A stretch of DNA of 62,759 nt, counting the filler, from Circinaria calcarea (lineage: Eukaryota): NCBI GenBank assembly GCA_051942165.1. It is 30 parts of 30 records of this genome, joined end to end, with 100 filler letters (N's around TTAATTAATTAA, not from the genome) between each part and the next. Parts side by side here need not be neighbours in the genome. Positions count along the whole stretch, not along the records: positions 21,025 to 23,023 come from JAVECS010003993.1; positions 23,124 to 25,122 come from JAVECS010003994.1; positions 25,223 to 27,218 come from JAVECS010003995.1; positions 27,319 to 29,314 come from JAVECS010003996.1; positions 29,415 to 31,409 come from JAVECS010003997.1; positions 31,510 to 33,504 come from JAVECS010003998.1; positions 33,605 to 35,598 come from JAVECS010003999.1; 23 more parts are not named here. One strand, written 5' to 3'. Numbering within the stretch: position 1 is the first letter of the stretch; each line of letters starts with the position of its first letter. A program made the position numbers and the translations under genes. The notes under the pieces are model-generated. The model worked only from the letters and a program-made list of their open reading frames with translations, had not been told where the DNA came from and ran no database searches. This document shows, in pieces, positions 21,898 through 33,773 of this stretch.

Positions 21898-23022
21898 CTA
21901 ACCCTTTATCTCATCCAGCTTACCCAGATCCACAAATCCCCAGAAGCACTCCCAACCCTCTCTTCCACCGAGCCCCCGTGCCACCCCGATGCTCCCGGCG
22001 TTATCAGCTGCAACGTCGCTATGGCCCCATTCCTCTCCTCGTCGTAAATCTTCGAACCCGCCCTCGCTCTCCTCCTGCCCCTCCCGCCCATCTTGTGCTC
22101 TCAGCAATCCGAACAACCTCCCAGCTACCTTCTTTCCCAGTCCGCTGCCCCTCCACTCGGCTTCGACGTGCAGAGATGTCAGACTGCCGTCGACGCCCAG
22201 GAAGGCCCACGCGATCAGGCGGCCGTTATCACCGTTACATTGTTTTTCGTCCTCCGTCGTTGTCGTGCAGCTGAGTTTTCGGCGGGCCCGGATTGCCACA
22301 CTGGGTAGGAGTTTCAACGTTCGCTCCGTTCGGGGGATTTCCGTTCGACTGAGCACGAGGGGGAGTTCGTCTTCCTTGACACGACTCCAGCAGAGCCCGT
22401 CTGGTAATGGCCATGTTCGTGCATCTCCTCTTTCCCTTGACCGCGGCGCGATGAGGAATTTTTTGTACGGGATTGTATGGCCTCTTATACATCCACTGTC
22501 GTTCTTTCCTCCTTTCTTAATGTCGCCATGGACGTGGTCGTTAGCGCTAGGACCGGAAATGACTCTTTGGCCTGAATTTAGGGCGACAGGGCCTCCTTTC
22601 AGGATGATGAGGTTATAACTGTGGAGGCTGCCGACGAGGAGTAAGGATGGATCTAAGTGTGAGGGGAAAGACGGGGGGAGTGGAAGTTGAGCGATATGAT
22701 TGAGGAGGGCGAGGAGCTGAGATTTGGCGGTTGCAGTGTCGGCGACGGCTTTGTATGATTCAGAAGAGAGGGTAGGACTAAGCGAGTCGGAAGAATAGGG
22801 AGGATCGGGGCAGAGTTCAATGGTTGAGAATAACCAACATTCTGTTTCTGGGGCACGGGAGCGGTCGACGTAAGAGGCCGCGAAAGCAGAAGGGGTCGAT
22901 CCGGGAAATGGGAAACGGGGGGAATTAAATGAGGGAATGGTAGAAAGGACCTGAGCATAAGGGCTCTGGAAGTGGAACTGAATGCGCCTAACTAAAGGAA
23001 GGGTGGAGGGAAGGAGGGGGAG
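21898..23022 (-). CDS. GNAT acetyltransferase (FR47-like), 5'-truncated
   Basis: The frame is open from the contig edge, longer than the ORF track shows: LPLVRRIQFH, YVDRSRAPETECWLFS, LLVGSLH, LVLSRTEIPR, AWAFLGVDGSLTSLHVEAEWRGSGLGK (acetyl-CoA motif A). Confidence 0.85.
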   Translation of the reverse strand, partial: LPLLPSTLPLVRRIQFHFQSPYAQVLSTIPSFNSPRFPFPGSTPSAFAASYVDRSRAPETECWLFSTIELCPDPPYSSDSLSPTLSSESYKAVADTATAKSQLLALLNHIAQLPLPPSFPSHLDPSLLLVGSLHSYNLIILKGGPVALNSGQRVISGPSANDHVHGDIKKGGKNDSGCIRGHTIPYKKFLIAPRSRERGDARTWPLPDGLCWSRVKEDELPLVLSRTEIPRTERTLKLLPSVAIRARRKLSCTTTTEDEKQCNGDNGRLIAWAFLGVDGSLTSLHVEAEWRGSGLGKKVAGRLFGLLRAQDGREGQEESEGGFEDLRRGEEWGHSDVAADNAGSIGVARGLGGREGWECFWGFVDLGKLDEIKG

Positions 23023-23123
23023 GNNNNNNNNNNNNNNNNNNNNNNNNNNNNNNNNNNNNNNNNNNNNTTAATTAATTAANNNNNNNNNNNNNNNNNNNNN
23101 NNNNNNNNNNNNNNNNNNNNNNN

Positions 23124-23359
23124 CCTTCCTTCCCTGTCCCTGCCCCCGTCCCCGTCCCCGTTCCCGCACTCTCAAACGCGGAAAATCGCGGCACATGCGG
23201 AATCACGTTCGCGTAGCCCCTTTGACTGATGATCCACTTCCAGCCGGGGAGGAAGGCAAGAGAGTGAAAGGCGGAAGAGGGACAGCGGGCGGCCATTTGG
23301 GTGGTGGAGAGGTTGGAGCCGTAGGCAAAATAGAAGGTTGGGTCAGGAGAGGGAGACAT
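23124..23359 (-). CDS. Gamma-glutamylcyclotransferase (GGCT/AIG2-like), N-terminal fragment
   Basis: FYFAYGSNLSTTQMAARCP...WKWIISQRGYANVI. Confidence 0.85.
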
Positions 23360-24160
23360 TGATTCGGAGGAAAGGTGATATGAGAGTTTAAGGGGGCCCA
23401 AATATGGAAAGGGTTGAAGTGAGGGCGCGAACATACGATAACGGGAACCGTCAGGGAGAGTGCTTTTTTTCGCTGGAGCGTTCTACGCGGCAAGAATTGA
23501 GGAGGAATGCAAAGGAGTTCAAACACTACTACACTGCAGACCAGATCATACTGTACCATGGCATAAAGAAAGATCCTGTTTCTTTGTGCTGCCCGGGAAG
23601 ACCTTTTGTGTTCCTGAGAGATGCGGGTGCGTCCCTTTGACATAAATGTGTTCCGCTCAGAGGAGCGAGGTGGTTCTCGATGAGTCCCAAAAAGTGAAGA
23701 GGTTACTTTGAGTGGAGCGTGGTAATTGGTATCAGCATATAAATGAATATTGTGGAGTGTGAACAAGAAGTGGGCAATGTGGCTCCTGGCATCTTGTACC
23801 TTTCTCAGATGATGATCCTTGCTCAATCCGTTCTGTGTGGGTTACGAGTAATAGTGGTATGCCATTTAAAGTGTTGGCGCATTGAAGCCTACAGATCGTT
23901 TTACCTAATCGTCATATTATATGTGAAATGGTGCCGGTTAGATCGCGTTGAAAATAAATTTAATTTGTACTTGACTGTCAATCTAGAAATGAATGAATAC
24001 GTCCAGATGTTTTGAGACATTAAAGCAGCAAATCTAATAATTCCCGGAAATCACAAAAAACTCCCCGTTCACCGCGTTCAACATTCTTATGGTGATAATA
24101 ATAAAGCCCAAAATACCATAGCACCTAAGCCCGGAACTGCCAGTGTTACTATCTCATCAA

Positions 24161-25121
24161 TTATTGCTCATTGTTATCATCACCCTGGTCGTTGCTTTTG
24201 CTGGTGCCGGTGGGCTTGATGCTGGTGGTAGCCCGAGTGCTGGTGATCATCGTGGTGCTAGTAGTCTTAGACTTGTCATTGTCGCTGGTGGTAGCCCTAG
24301 TGCTAGTGGTCATCATGGTGCTAGTGGTCATCGTGGTGCTAGTAGTCTTAGACTTGGTGCTGTTGTTGTCGCTGGTGCTGGTGCTGGTGGTCTTAGTCTT
24401 GGTACTGTCATTGGTGCTGGTGCTGATGGCGGTGCTGGTAGTCTTAGTCTTTGTGTTGCTTTCATCGCCCTGCTCATCGCCATTGTCGTCCTTCACAACG
24501 ACACCCGAGTTTTGAATGGTAAGAGTGTACCCGTAGCTCTGGCTGACACTGTAGTAGTCTGACCCGCTGGTCTGGCCGAAGTTGGTGCTGTAGGACTTGT
24601 CCACAGCTTCAGTGTAAAAGGAGCAATAAAGACCCTGGGGAACATTGTTCTTGGAAAGAACCTAAAGGAATCTGTTAGCCATTATCTGATGATATCGTGC
24701 CCTGGAAAAAAATTTACATAGCTGTTGAAAAAGTTGCAAGCATCGTACATGCCATTAACAGCGTTTTTACGGTTGAGTTTAGTGGTTGCCTTGCAAGCGT
24801 CGGCACAAACGATGGGGCTGTATGGATCAGGGTAAAACTTCACTCCGATGAAGATGTTCTTGCCATTGGCATTTACGGTGGCATCGATGGCGCCGCCAAA
24901 TCCGGTGGGACCCGTGTAATTGGGGATAGCCGCGGGCGCTGTGGTCTTGATATAACCTGTTCATCATTAGCAAAACCCTCAATTATACAGTCTGCGCACA
25001 TACCATTGGACCCTGTGATGACGACATGGAACTGGTGACGCCATTGCCCCGTGTTGGTTGCAGAATCGGGGGTAATGAAAGAACCGTAAAGGGTGCACTT
25101 GAAGTTGGTGATGCTGGGAGG
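24161..25121 (-). CDS. Probable secreted Cys-containing protein ('carbohydrate-binding-like' fungal family) with Thr-rich repetitive tail, 5'-truncated, 2 introns
   Basis: Spliced PPSITNFKCTLYG...ATNTGQWRHQFHVVITGSNG|Y...CADAC...CNFFNSY|VLSKNNVPQGLYCSFY...TNFGQ...SQSYGY, then a T/S/K repeat tail. Confidence 0.75.
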
Positions 25122-26055
25122 GNNNNNNNNNNNNNNNNNNNNNNNNNNNNNNNNNNNNNNNNNNNNTTAATTAATTAANNNNNNNNNNNNNNNNNNNNNN
25201 NNNNNNNNNNNNNNNNNNNNNNATGACCTTGTCTAGATCCATCGCATTCGAATTATCTTTCTGGCAATGGGGGCTGAGGGGCCCCTTTGGGGCTGAAGGC
25301 CATGCTTCATAAGGCGGTAAAGGACCGTTGACCGGCGTGGGCACCGTCGGCGCTTCCATGGAGCTGGGTGGTCAGAGTTCCCTTACTAGATGATCGTGTT
25401 GATGCGGAGATGTATAGAAGAGCGGTCACCCAGGCATTCGCACCGGTCATTCCATTCCTACGCACTCAGCGTACCAAGAGAAACGGGCGACTGAAAGGTT
25501 ATACAGGAGGATGGGTGAGATGGGAAGGTCCCGAGCAGAAACGGGGATTGGATGGGATTGGATGGGGATTGGATTGGGCCGAAAGCTGCAAATGCACAGG
25601 AGCGTCATGATCCATCTGACATGTGACGGTCGCTAAGCCTAATCGACCCCATCGGTCCTTGGCGCTGGCGGACGATGCCTCAAAACGTAAATTTCCCTCG
25701 TCAGATTCTAGAATGTACCTATGGGATTGGCAGTATCGACTGTCATGGAAGGCCCAAATAGAACCCCGGAACCTCTCTGCATGCCTCTTTATGGACAGGA
25801 TTGGTTCGTTTCCTGCTTGGGTGCTTGCGAACTCTCTATTCTACCCACCCGGTTGGAAAGGGTTGTCGGACATGCTTGGCTGACAATTCATGCTCCTTGG
25901 GAAACATTGGAACGGGGAGAGTAGGGGTTCGTGGGGGTGGAAAACGTTACATGTGTTTCCAAAAAGTTGATATGAATACGGTAGAGTTCCATGTACAATC
26001 ACGCCCACTACCGTAAGATCCCTTAGGATAATCGTTAATCGTGATTCAATTTCCG

Positions 26056-27218
26056 TCAAGAGAAGAAACTGAAAATCCTCGGCGTGTACTCCATCAAGCC
26101 CGCCCACGGACGACCACTGTTCGGCTGCACAGGCTGCTTGGAGTTCGCCATGTTCCCAGATTCACCTTGTGGCAGTGTGGACTGCGGGTTAATCGCTTCA
26201 ATGATCTTTCCGGTCACGGGGCTCTTACGGTCCTCCGTCACAATAGTCTTACTGCCCGGACCGAGATCAACTGGTGGCGGATCGCCAATTATGGCTGGTA
26301 CTGACATCGGCCACATGTGCATAGTGATTTCCCATCCCGGCTCAACCATAGTCTTCCAAACGTGAGGTAAGATGATCTCGCCGTTGGGCCCAACGAGATC
26401 ATAATGGCCCTCCGCTACATAGGGACCGACGCCATCCACATGGAGGAAAGCCTGCCGGATCAAGTTTTCCATGCCCTATACGGTATGTTAACGGGATCCA
26501 AGGGACTAACGAGATCCAAGAGACTAAGTTCAGGGAGTGTACATACTTCCCACGTGGAACAGAGATGGAATGGAAAGCTGAAATTCCGACCTATAGCGTC
26601 CTTGAGCCTGATCGGCTCCTTCCGTGCTTCTTCCTCTTCGGCTTTCTTCTTATCTGCAACCGCCTTTTCTTCGGCTGCCATCTTCTCTGCCCTTTCCCTT
26701 TTGGCAAGCATTCTTCTCTCTTCGGCTTCTTTTTGGTCAATAAGGATCTTCTCTAGCCGAACAAACCTTTCATCTAGGCCCATGATGGCAGCAGAAGACC
26801 CTCGGGCAGGAAGTGACTTGGGCAAGGTAGACTGCGCCAGAGTGTGAGCAGTACTACCACGTCCAAGATAGTTGGATTTTGTGATTAGACTGGCCTGCGA
26901 GTTTCCTCCTTCAGGCTTCGCAGCACATGTGATGGTTGGTGAATTAATCTCTTTCACCATATCATGCGTTCCGGAATGTACAGGAAAAGCTCCATTCAAT
27001 TCCGTATAAGGAGGCACCGGTGACGACTCAACGACAGCTATCTCAAGCTCGTCCTCCAATCTAGGAGAAATGGGCGCATCGATCTGATATTGCCCTCCAC
27101 TAGGTATCTGTCCATGACTGAGAGAGGTAAACAGCCGCTCAAGTGACAATCGCCGACCAGATGTACTCACAACTGGGCCGTAGACAGCAATACACCAACT
27201 GCCGTCATCTTCATATGC
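26056..27218 (-). CDS. Coiled-coil plus fungal ubiquitin-like domain protein ('KAP-like'), 5'-truncated
   Basis: KEPIRLKDAIGRNFSFPFHLCSTWE|GMENLIRQAFLHVD...GHYDLVGPNGEIILP.VW...VEPGWEITMHMWP. Intron 26546-26476. Confidence 0.8.
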
Positions 27219-27318
27219 NNNNNNNNNNNNNNNNNNNNNNNNNNNNNNNNNNNNNNNNNNNNTTAATTAATTAANNNNNNNNNNNNNNNNNNNNNNNNNN
27301 NNNNNNNNNNNNNNNNNN

Positions 27319-27976
27319 AGACAGACTGACCCCACGCCCCCGATCCCCTCGACCAAACTCCAGAAATGGACCCGAGAGAAAAAGCTCGCGCAGGAAGAAG
27401 AGCCGTCAAGTTTCCGCCACGAAGCCTACACCTCTTTGCTCGACTCTCGGATCCGCCACGCCTGGGTATGGCCCTGCCCCAAACGCCGAACGAAATCCTG
27501 CCCCAGACCCTTTTACCGTACGCGCAGAATTGCTGACATTGCCCTTCCCCGAACGACGCCAGCTCTACACACTCTACCTCTCCTCCCCCAACTTCACCTC
27601 CGTCGCCGTACCCCTCTACATCACCCCCGCCTCCACCTCCCTCCCCGTCCGTCTCACGCTATCACACCAACTCCGCACCGCCGCGCAGAGCGAACTCCTC
27701 AAATCCTCCCCGACCATCGACCCCGACTCCCTCTACCGGGAAGCCGACGCCGCCTTCTCCGCGCTCTCGACCCTGCTGGACGAAGATGGGTACTTTTTCG
27801 GCGCCGAGGAGCCGGGCTTGTTTGACGCGAGCGTGTTTGCGTACACGCATCTGTTGCTGGATGAGGACATGGGGTGGCGGGAGACAAGGCTGGTGCGGTG
27901 TTTGTGGCAGTATGGGAATTTGGTGAGGCACCGACGCAGGATATACAAGGGTTACTTTAGCGAGCCAGGGTCGTAA
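27319..27976 (+). CDS. Metaxin/Sam35-like mitochondrial outer-membrane protein (GST-like C domain), 5'-truncated
   Basis: AYTSLLDSRIRHAW|LYTLYL (intron 27466-27562) and AFSALSTLL...YFFG..EPGLFDASVFAYTHLLL. Confidence 0.82.
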
Positions 27977-29032
27977 AATAGAAAGGAAGGGATGGCCGTT
28001 TTTGTGTATATTATCCTATATTGTAAAGATAAAAACAAACAACACCCCTGAAAGTCTTGCGCAACATGGGCGTTTTGGAAGAAAAAAAAAACGAAGTGAA
28101 TTTCTACTTTCCGTGTCCAGCATCTCTTTCACTGAACTAACCCCCATGTATTCCTCCCCAAAGTTCACCAAGTCAACCACGTCAATTTCCATTAGATACC
28201 CCCCTTCTCCATGACCCATATACATGACCGCTGCTCTCTAACCTCAAACACCTTCAACAGCTCCTCCCTGTGGTTGGAGCCAAGGCGACGACTAGTGACT
28301 GGGCGCGCATATGGGAATGGGCAGGCAGGCAGGCATGGAGGTACTCACACACATGCACACGAGCCGAGCAGCAGAGAAGCAGAGCAGTTCAGATATACAA
28401 TACTAAAAACCTTTCCTGATATTCCCCCTATATATACATTATACTGTAGCAATCAGTTCATGCCATATATCCTTTGATTCCTTATGATTCAGGCCCTCGC
28501 AACCCATTCTCGAAAGCGTCTTTGCCCATACCTTAGGAGCATAGCGGAGCACCCTATTTCCTTCACACTCCCGATCTATTCCAGTACGCCCGCGCTCGAT
28601 AGCCCGATAGCCTTATCTCACATCACCTTTACACTAAATGTGCCCCAATCAGTAGCTTCCACGAACTTTTTAACCCATCTAGGCTGTATTGCGGATGGCC
28701 GGCAAGCAGCCATAAGCTTAACCCAAAACACCCTGTGCTGTGGCCTTCTGACTGTGGGAAACGATTAAAGAGAGTAAAGGGCTGGTGGTTCCAGCCTGTT
28801 CATCATGACAATTACGTTTGGTCAATTTCGGGCCAAAGGGCCCCGATGTCTTGATATCCTCGGAACACATTGCTGATGTAGACAGTGGAATCCAAAACTG
28901 TCCTTGTCCCAAGGTAAACACCGAGAAAGAGAAGAGTCACCGTTCGAGCCTTATTATCGTGAAATGAATACGAGGGGGGTCGACGGAATCTTCAAAGTTG
29001 GATATCGCCGTAAAGTCTTCAGTCGGATTTCC

Positions 29033-29314
29033 TCACTCGACAACAAGCTTATTAAGTATAAGTCTGACGCCATTGCCTTCCCCAGCCCCATCGTCAACGG
29101 TAGCCACCATGGCCGTAGCCTTCTCTATGAGGTCCTTTAGGGTGATCTTACAGTATTCAAAACTTCCCGTGCTCTCCATGTAGCTGACCGCATACTGCTT
29201 TACCTTGTCGTCATTACTTCGTTGCTTAAGTATGTTGATTAGTTGCAAATTTTGCGGATTCGAACGAATGCTGTGGATGACCGGGAATGAGAATTTTCCT
29301 TCAGTGAGGTCTTC
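29033..29314 (-). CDS. Geranylgeranyl diphosphate synthase, C-terminal fragment
   Basis: EDLTEGKFSFPVIHSIR...LQLINILKQR...VKQYAVSYMESTGSFEY. Confidence 0.92.
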   Translation of the reverse strand, partial: EDLTEGKFSFPVIHSIRSNPQNLQLINILKQRSNDDKVKQYAVSYMESTGSFEYCKITLKDLIEKATAMVATVDDGAGEGNGVRLILNKLVVE

Positions 29315-30042
29315 NNNNNNNNNNNNNNNNNNNNNNNNNNNNNNNNNNNNNNNNNNNNTTAATTAATTAANNNNNNNNNNNNNNNNNNNNNNNNNNNNNN
29401 NNNNNNNNNNNNNNACCCTCGTTCTCTGCAGCATCTACTCACATTTCAAAACCAACAACCTTCCTTGTCAGAGAGGATCTGTCCTTACCACACTGTGCTT
29501 CCGAGAGGCCTTGACTTTTCCTACAGCTGTGCCAAGGTGAGTTCCTGATGGAAAACAATCTTTTCTCGTTACCCCGGTCATTCGCCCATCAAAGGAAACT
29601 CTTCTTGTACTTGACAGCGGCCATACTCACTTCATCTCATAAGGTTCCACCTGCATATTGTGACCATCAAGAGCCGAAGAAATTTCCACGGTCGCTCCTT
29701 GTAAGTTTCAGCTCCTTTTCTCGACAGAAATCCCTGGATCTTCCTGGCTGAATGTTGTTCTGCAGTATTGCGCCCGTAAACGATCACACCTTTTGAGGTC
29801 GAGTGAATCCACGCAGTTTGCACTTAACCGTGAGTTCTTTTGCCTTCGCGTTTATCCAGGCTTCACTGACAGTGTGAGATTTTCAGCTGACGCCTGACAG
29901 CGCAGCTCCCCAGAAATACATTGTACTGTTGCTTTGCATAGCTCTGCCTTGCACGCTCACAGATGCGAGTCACCTCTGCCAACCCAAGCCCTGCGCCACA
30001 GCTGACAAGTTATCGATCAGACGTTCATCTCAAGTAAACGAC

Positions 30043-31068
30043 ATGCCTAAATCCATCTTGGAGATTTTCCCCGCCGAGATTCTCCTCAGGATTTTCGAGT
30101 TCGCCCTCCATGCGGATCACCATAATCCACCGGATCCGATGAACGATGGTGTGATATACCTCGACTGTGTCTCCGCAGACAAGACAGGGCAACAGCCGAA
30201 CGTAGCCGTTGCTCTCCTCCGTACGTGTCATGCGGTTTATCATGCCGCCCTTCCATTCTTGTATGAGAACTCCATCACTTTTGGTCGTTGTGGGGGAGAC
30301 CTTCTCCTTGTTCTGAATGCGTCTGAGGTTCAATCCTGCGTTGATGGTGGTTGCATGACTACCATGAGTCTACCGAATCTCCGCGAGGTCACCCTCTTCA
30401 TCGACGACAGTAATCAAGATTCATGCGACTGGGGTAGTGCTCAATGCTATGAGTACCTCCTCAGACGGTTGACTTGTCAAACTAAACTGGTGGTTGAATC
30501 CTTGGCTTTGGTGTGTAAACCATATAGCTGGACTCCGAGTTTTGGGCCGGCTCAATTCGCCACTGGGTTGGAGAACATCGAGGTCACCAGGAGTCTTGTC
30601 TTATATGGCCATGGCTTGGGTCCCGAGGAATACTTCAGTGCCATCCCTAAAGCGCTGAACATGCAACCTAAACCAGAATTCATCGACATCTCCGGTAGTC
30701 ACCAATACGTGAAGTACCATGTAAACAAGAGTAAAATGACAGACAAGGAGTGGGATACATGTTTTCAAAAAGAGCAAGAGTTGAAGGCGGCAAAAGTGGT
30801 CGCAGAGCAGATGCCCGCAAGAATGGGAATGCGGGATGTCTATCGGCAGCTCCTCAACATCCAGCGTCAAGCAAACGCCGCTTGCACCGCAGAGGTTTTT
30901 CGGTGCGAAGTTGAAGCTCGCAATGCCCGTCAGGCGGGCTTTCATTACGTTGAAGGTTCTGACTTGATGGCCTGCTCGGACGTGTATTGGACGTGTCATG
31001 CATTCAACAAAGGAGGATTCGTCTCTGCAGGCAAAATCAAGCGCGCCGAAAGGTTTTCTGCGGCGTGA
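30043..31068 (+). CDS. Hypothetical protein with N-terminal F-box-like motif
   Basis: SILEIFPAEILLRIFEFAL...ALLRTCHAVYHAALPFLYEN. An upstream exon is possible. Confidence 0.7.
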   Translation: MPKSILEIFPAEILLRIFEFALHADHHNPPDPMNDGVIYLDCVSADKTGQQPNVAVALLRTCHAVYHAALPFLYENSITFGRCGGDLLLVLNASEVQSCVDGGCMTTMSLPNLREVTLFIDDSNQDSCDWGSAQCYEYLLRRLTCQTKLVVESLALVCKPYSWTPSFGPAQFATGLENIEVTRSLVLYGHGLGPEEYFSAIPKALNMQPKPEFIDISGSHQYVKYHVNKSKMTDKEWDTCFQKEQELKAAKVVAEQMPARMGMRDVYRQLLNIQRQANAACTAEVFRCEVEARNARQAGFHYVEGSDLMACSDVYWTCHAFNKGGFVSAGKIKRAERFSAA

Positions 31069-31103
31069 TGTGGGTATACGCGTGGACGCTTTGCTTAACT
31101 GGG

Positions 31104-31400
31104 TCATAGACACTGTGTGACGAGATAAAGAAGGCCGAAGAAAGACTCCCTACTTGCTGTAACCTTGCTCAATCCAAAACCAACTACAATTGTCCTGTTC
31201 TCATCTGGGTTTTTCGTGACTATTGTACTGGCGATTTGTGTGGCATATAGCTGACCAACGGTCTCTCGTTCAGAACTGGACCCACCAAGCAGGGTGTGTG
31301 AGGTTAAGTGAATCAACGGTAACTGTCCATCTTCGTTAGAGCCCCCTGAAAGGTGATTGTCCGCCAGACCTGGATTTGTGGAGTTTAAGGGTACTTGCAT
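31104..31400 (-). CDS. Proteasome assembly chaperone 3 (PAC3-like), last exon
   Basis: LPLIHLTSHTLLGG...ETVGQLYATQIAS.I..KNPDENRTIVVGFGL. Preceded by a splice acceptor at the contig edge. Confidence 0.78.
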   Translation of the reverse strand: MQVPLNSTNPGLADNHLSGGSNEDGQLPLIHLTSHTLLGGSSSERETVGQLYATQIASTIVTKNPDENRTIVVGFGLSKVTASRESFFGLLYLVTQCL

Positions 31401-31616
31401 CTAAAAGATNNNNNNNNNNNNNNNNNNNNNNNNNNNNNNNNNNNNNNNNNNNNTTAATTAATTAANNNNNNNNNNNNNNNNNNNNNNNNNNNNNNNNNNN
31501 NNNNNNNNNCTTCTTCCATCCCTTGCTATTTCTCGATCTTGAGAAAGCGAGCATCTCACTCATCCTTTGCAAGGTCCACGCCGGAGTGAAAGCAGGTCTC
31601 GGAGAGCACGGGTGAG

Positions 31617-33504
31617 ATGGAAGAGGCTGATTTAGTCATCATAGGCGCGGGTCAGTCATGCCCAATCCTTGGTAAATGCCAGCCAAGTAACGCGCGCTGA
31701 TTCGTCCAGGTTGGCATGGATTGGCCATGGCCAAGACATATCTCGAAGTCAACCCATCTACCAAGGTAATTATTCTGGATTCACTGGACTCCATCGGGGG
31801 AACATGGTCCAAGCAACGACTGTATCCGGGTTTGCGCTCGAACAACCTTGTGGGAACGTACGAATTCAGCGATCTCCCCATGGATGAGCAGACCTTCGGG
31901 GTCAAACCTGGTCAAGCCGTTCCTGGTCCGGTCGTACACAGGTATTTACGTATGTACGCAGAAAAGTTCGATGTCTACAGGCGAATACGTTTCAATTCCA
32001 AGGTGGAAAGCGTGGAGCAGAAGGATGGGGGTGGTTGGACCGTCAATGTCTCTCACACCTCCCAGGGTTCCAATGGGAATGGAAACCGTAATGTATCCAT
32101 CTGGGCTGAGAAGCTTGTGGTATCAACCGGCTTAACGAATGACCCGTTTCTCCCTGAATTTGACGGAGCTGATTCATTCGACGCTCCAATCTTCCACGTC
32201 AAGGAACTTTACCATTATGCAGAAACGACAAAGAACGCGGAAAGCATCATCATTCTGGGTGGCTCCAAGTCAGGACATGATGCCGCCTACTACCATGCAT
32301 CCAACGGTGTCCCGGTCGAATGGATTATTCGCGAGTCGGGTTGTACGTGACTGTAATTTTCTTGAATGCCCCATTACAATGCTTACCTATGCTTAGTCGG
32401 TCCGACTTGGATGGCTCCTCCTTATGTCACGCCCCTGAAGAAACAGCTGGAAAAGCTGGTAGGAGTTCGGTTCCTGACATGGTTAAGTCCCTGCATATGG
32501 GGAAATAGCGATGGCTTTGGCGCTCTAAGGAGACTGCTGCACGGTACAAGAGTGGGACGATGGGCAGTGGATAGCTTCTGGAAGATCTTGGCTGATGATG
32601 TCATCGCACTCAATGGCTACGATAAGCATCCCGAGACGAAGAAGCTAAAGCCGTGGATGCCCGCATTCTGGACTGCAACCTCATTAGGCATACTCAATTA
32701 TCCAACTGATTTCTACGGCTATGTACGGGACGGCACTATCAAAGTCCACATTGCAGACATTTCACACCTTTCGCCCAAGACCGTACACCTATCCAACGGC
32801 GAGTCAGTCCATGGTGAGGCGCTCATCTGCTCAACCGGTTGGAAACATCGTCCATCCATCGATTTTTATCCGAAGGGTATAGATGAACAGCTCGGCCTTC
32901 CCCATAGTTCCAAACTTGCCGAAGATGTAATGGCCCTAAAAGCCGACAAGGAGATCCTAGAGCGCTTCCCTCGACTTGCGTTGCAGCCTGTGATAAACAA
33001 GCACTACAAACCCGAAGAGGGTAGCGAGTCTAGCGTGGCGTTGAATCGCCCATTCAGACTCTATCGCTTCATGGTCCCGCCTGCGTATATCAACGACCGC
33101 TCGATCGGGTATACCGGGATGATGCAGTCGATCCACACCGCCGTGTCAGCACAGGCACAAGCGCTCTGGTTGACTGCTTACTTCTCGGGCCGTTTGGAAC
33201 GTGATGGGACTCCCTCGAAAAATGGCGAAGTGGCGAAGCCAGCAGAGTTCAACCGGGAAGAGATTCGCTGGAAGACTATTCTGCACAGCCGGTTTGGCAA
33301 ATGGAGGTATCCCGGCGGACATGGGAAGAGATACCCGGATTTCACCTTTGATGGTATACCGTACATCGACATGCTATTGAGGGATCTGGGTCTCAAGTGG
33401 CTGAGGAAACCGAGCCGTTGGAGCGAGTGGTTTGACCCCTATGGCCCGAAAGATTATGTAGGGTTGGTTGATGAGTGGAGGATTGAGGTCAGTCGATCTG
33501 AAAT
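31617..33504 (+). CDS. Flavin-dependent monooxygenase (class B, FMO-like), nearly complete, 2 introns
   Basis: MEEADLVIIGAG|WHGL (FAD Rossmann, intron 31651-31709), IGGTW, LYPGLRSNN, VSTG, FDAPIFH, GGSKSGHD (NADPH Rossmann), intron 32343-32396, CSTGW. Confidence 0.92.
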
Positions 33505-33605
33505 NNNNNNNNNNNNNNNNNNNNNNNNNNNNNNNNNNNNNNNNNNNNTTAATTAATTAANNNNNNNNNNNNNNNNNNNNNNNNNNNNNNNNNNNNNNNN
33601 NNNNA

Positions 33606-33773
33606 AAACCTCCCCCTTCACCGGAAGAAGGCAATATTGCCAATGATCTGAAGGCGTACGAAGAGCAGTCGGTGGAAGTGGAAGGACAGGCGGCTGCAGG
33701 AGAGGCGAGTGTGGTCGAGGAGGATTGGTTCGAGGAGGAGGAGGAAGAAGAGCAAGCTCATTCAGCCCACTAA
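33606..33773 (+). CDS. atp14: Mitochondrial ATP synthase subunit h, C-terminal fragment
   Basis: KPPPSPEEGNIANDLKAYEEQSVEVEGQ...EEDWFEEEEE..AH*. Not in the ORF track. Confidence 0.88.
   Translation, partial: KPPPSPEEGNIANDLKAYEEQSVEVEGQAAAGEASVVEEDWFEEEEEEEQAHSAH

Noticed and set aside
21978..22618. Long plus-strand ORFs (up to 209 aa)
   Set aside because: Antisense to the GNAT gene, whose frame is open for the whole region and carries the conserved motifs.
24143..24562. Hydrophobic Val/Leu/Gly/Ala-rich plus-strand ORFs resembling membrane proteins
   Set aside because: They are antisense shadows of the Thr-rich repeat tail on the minus strand.
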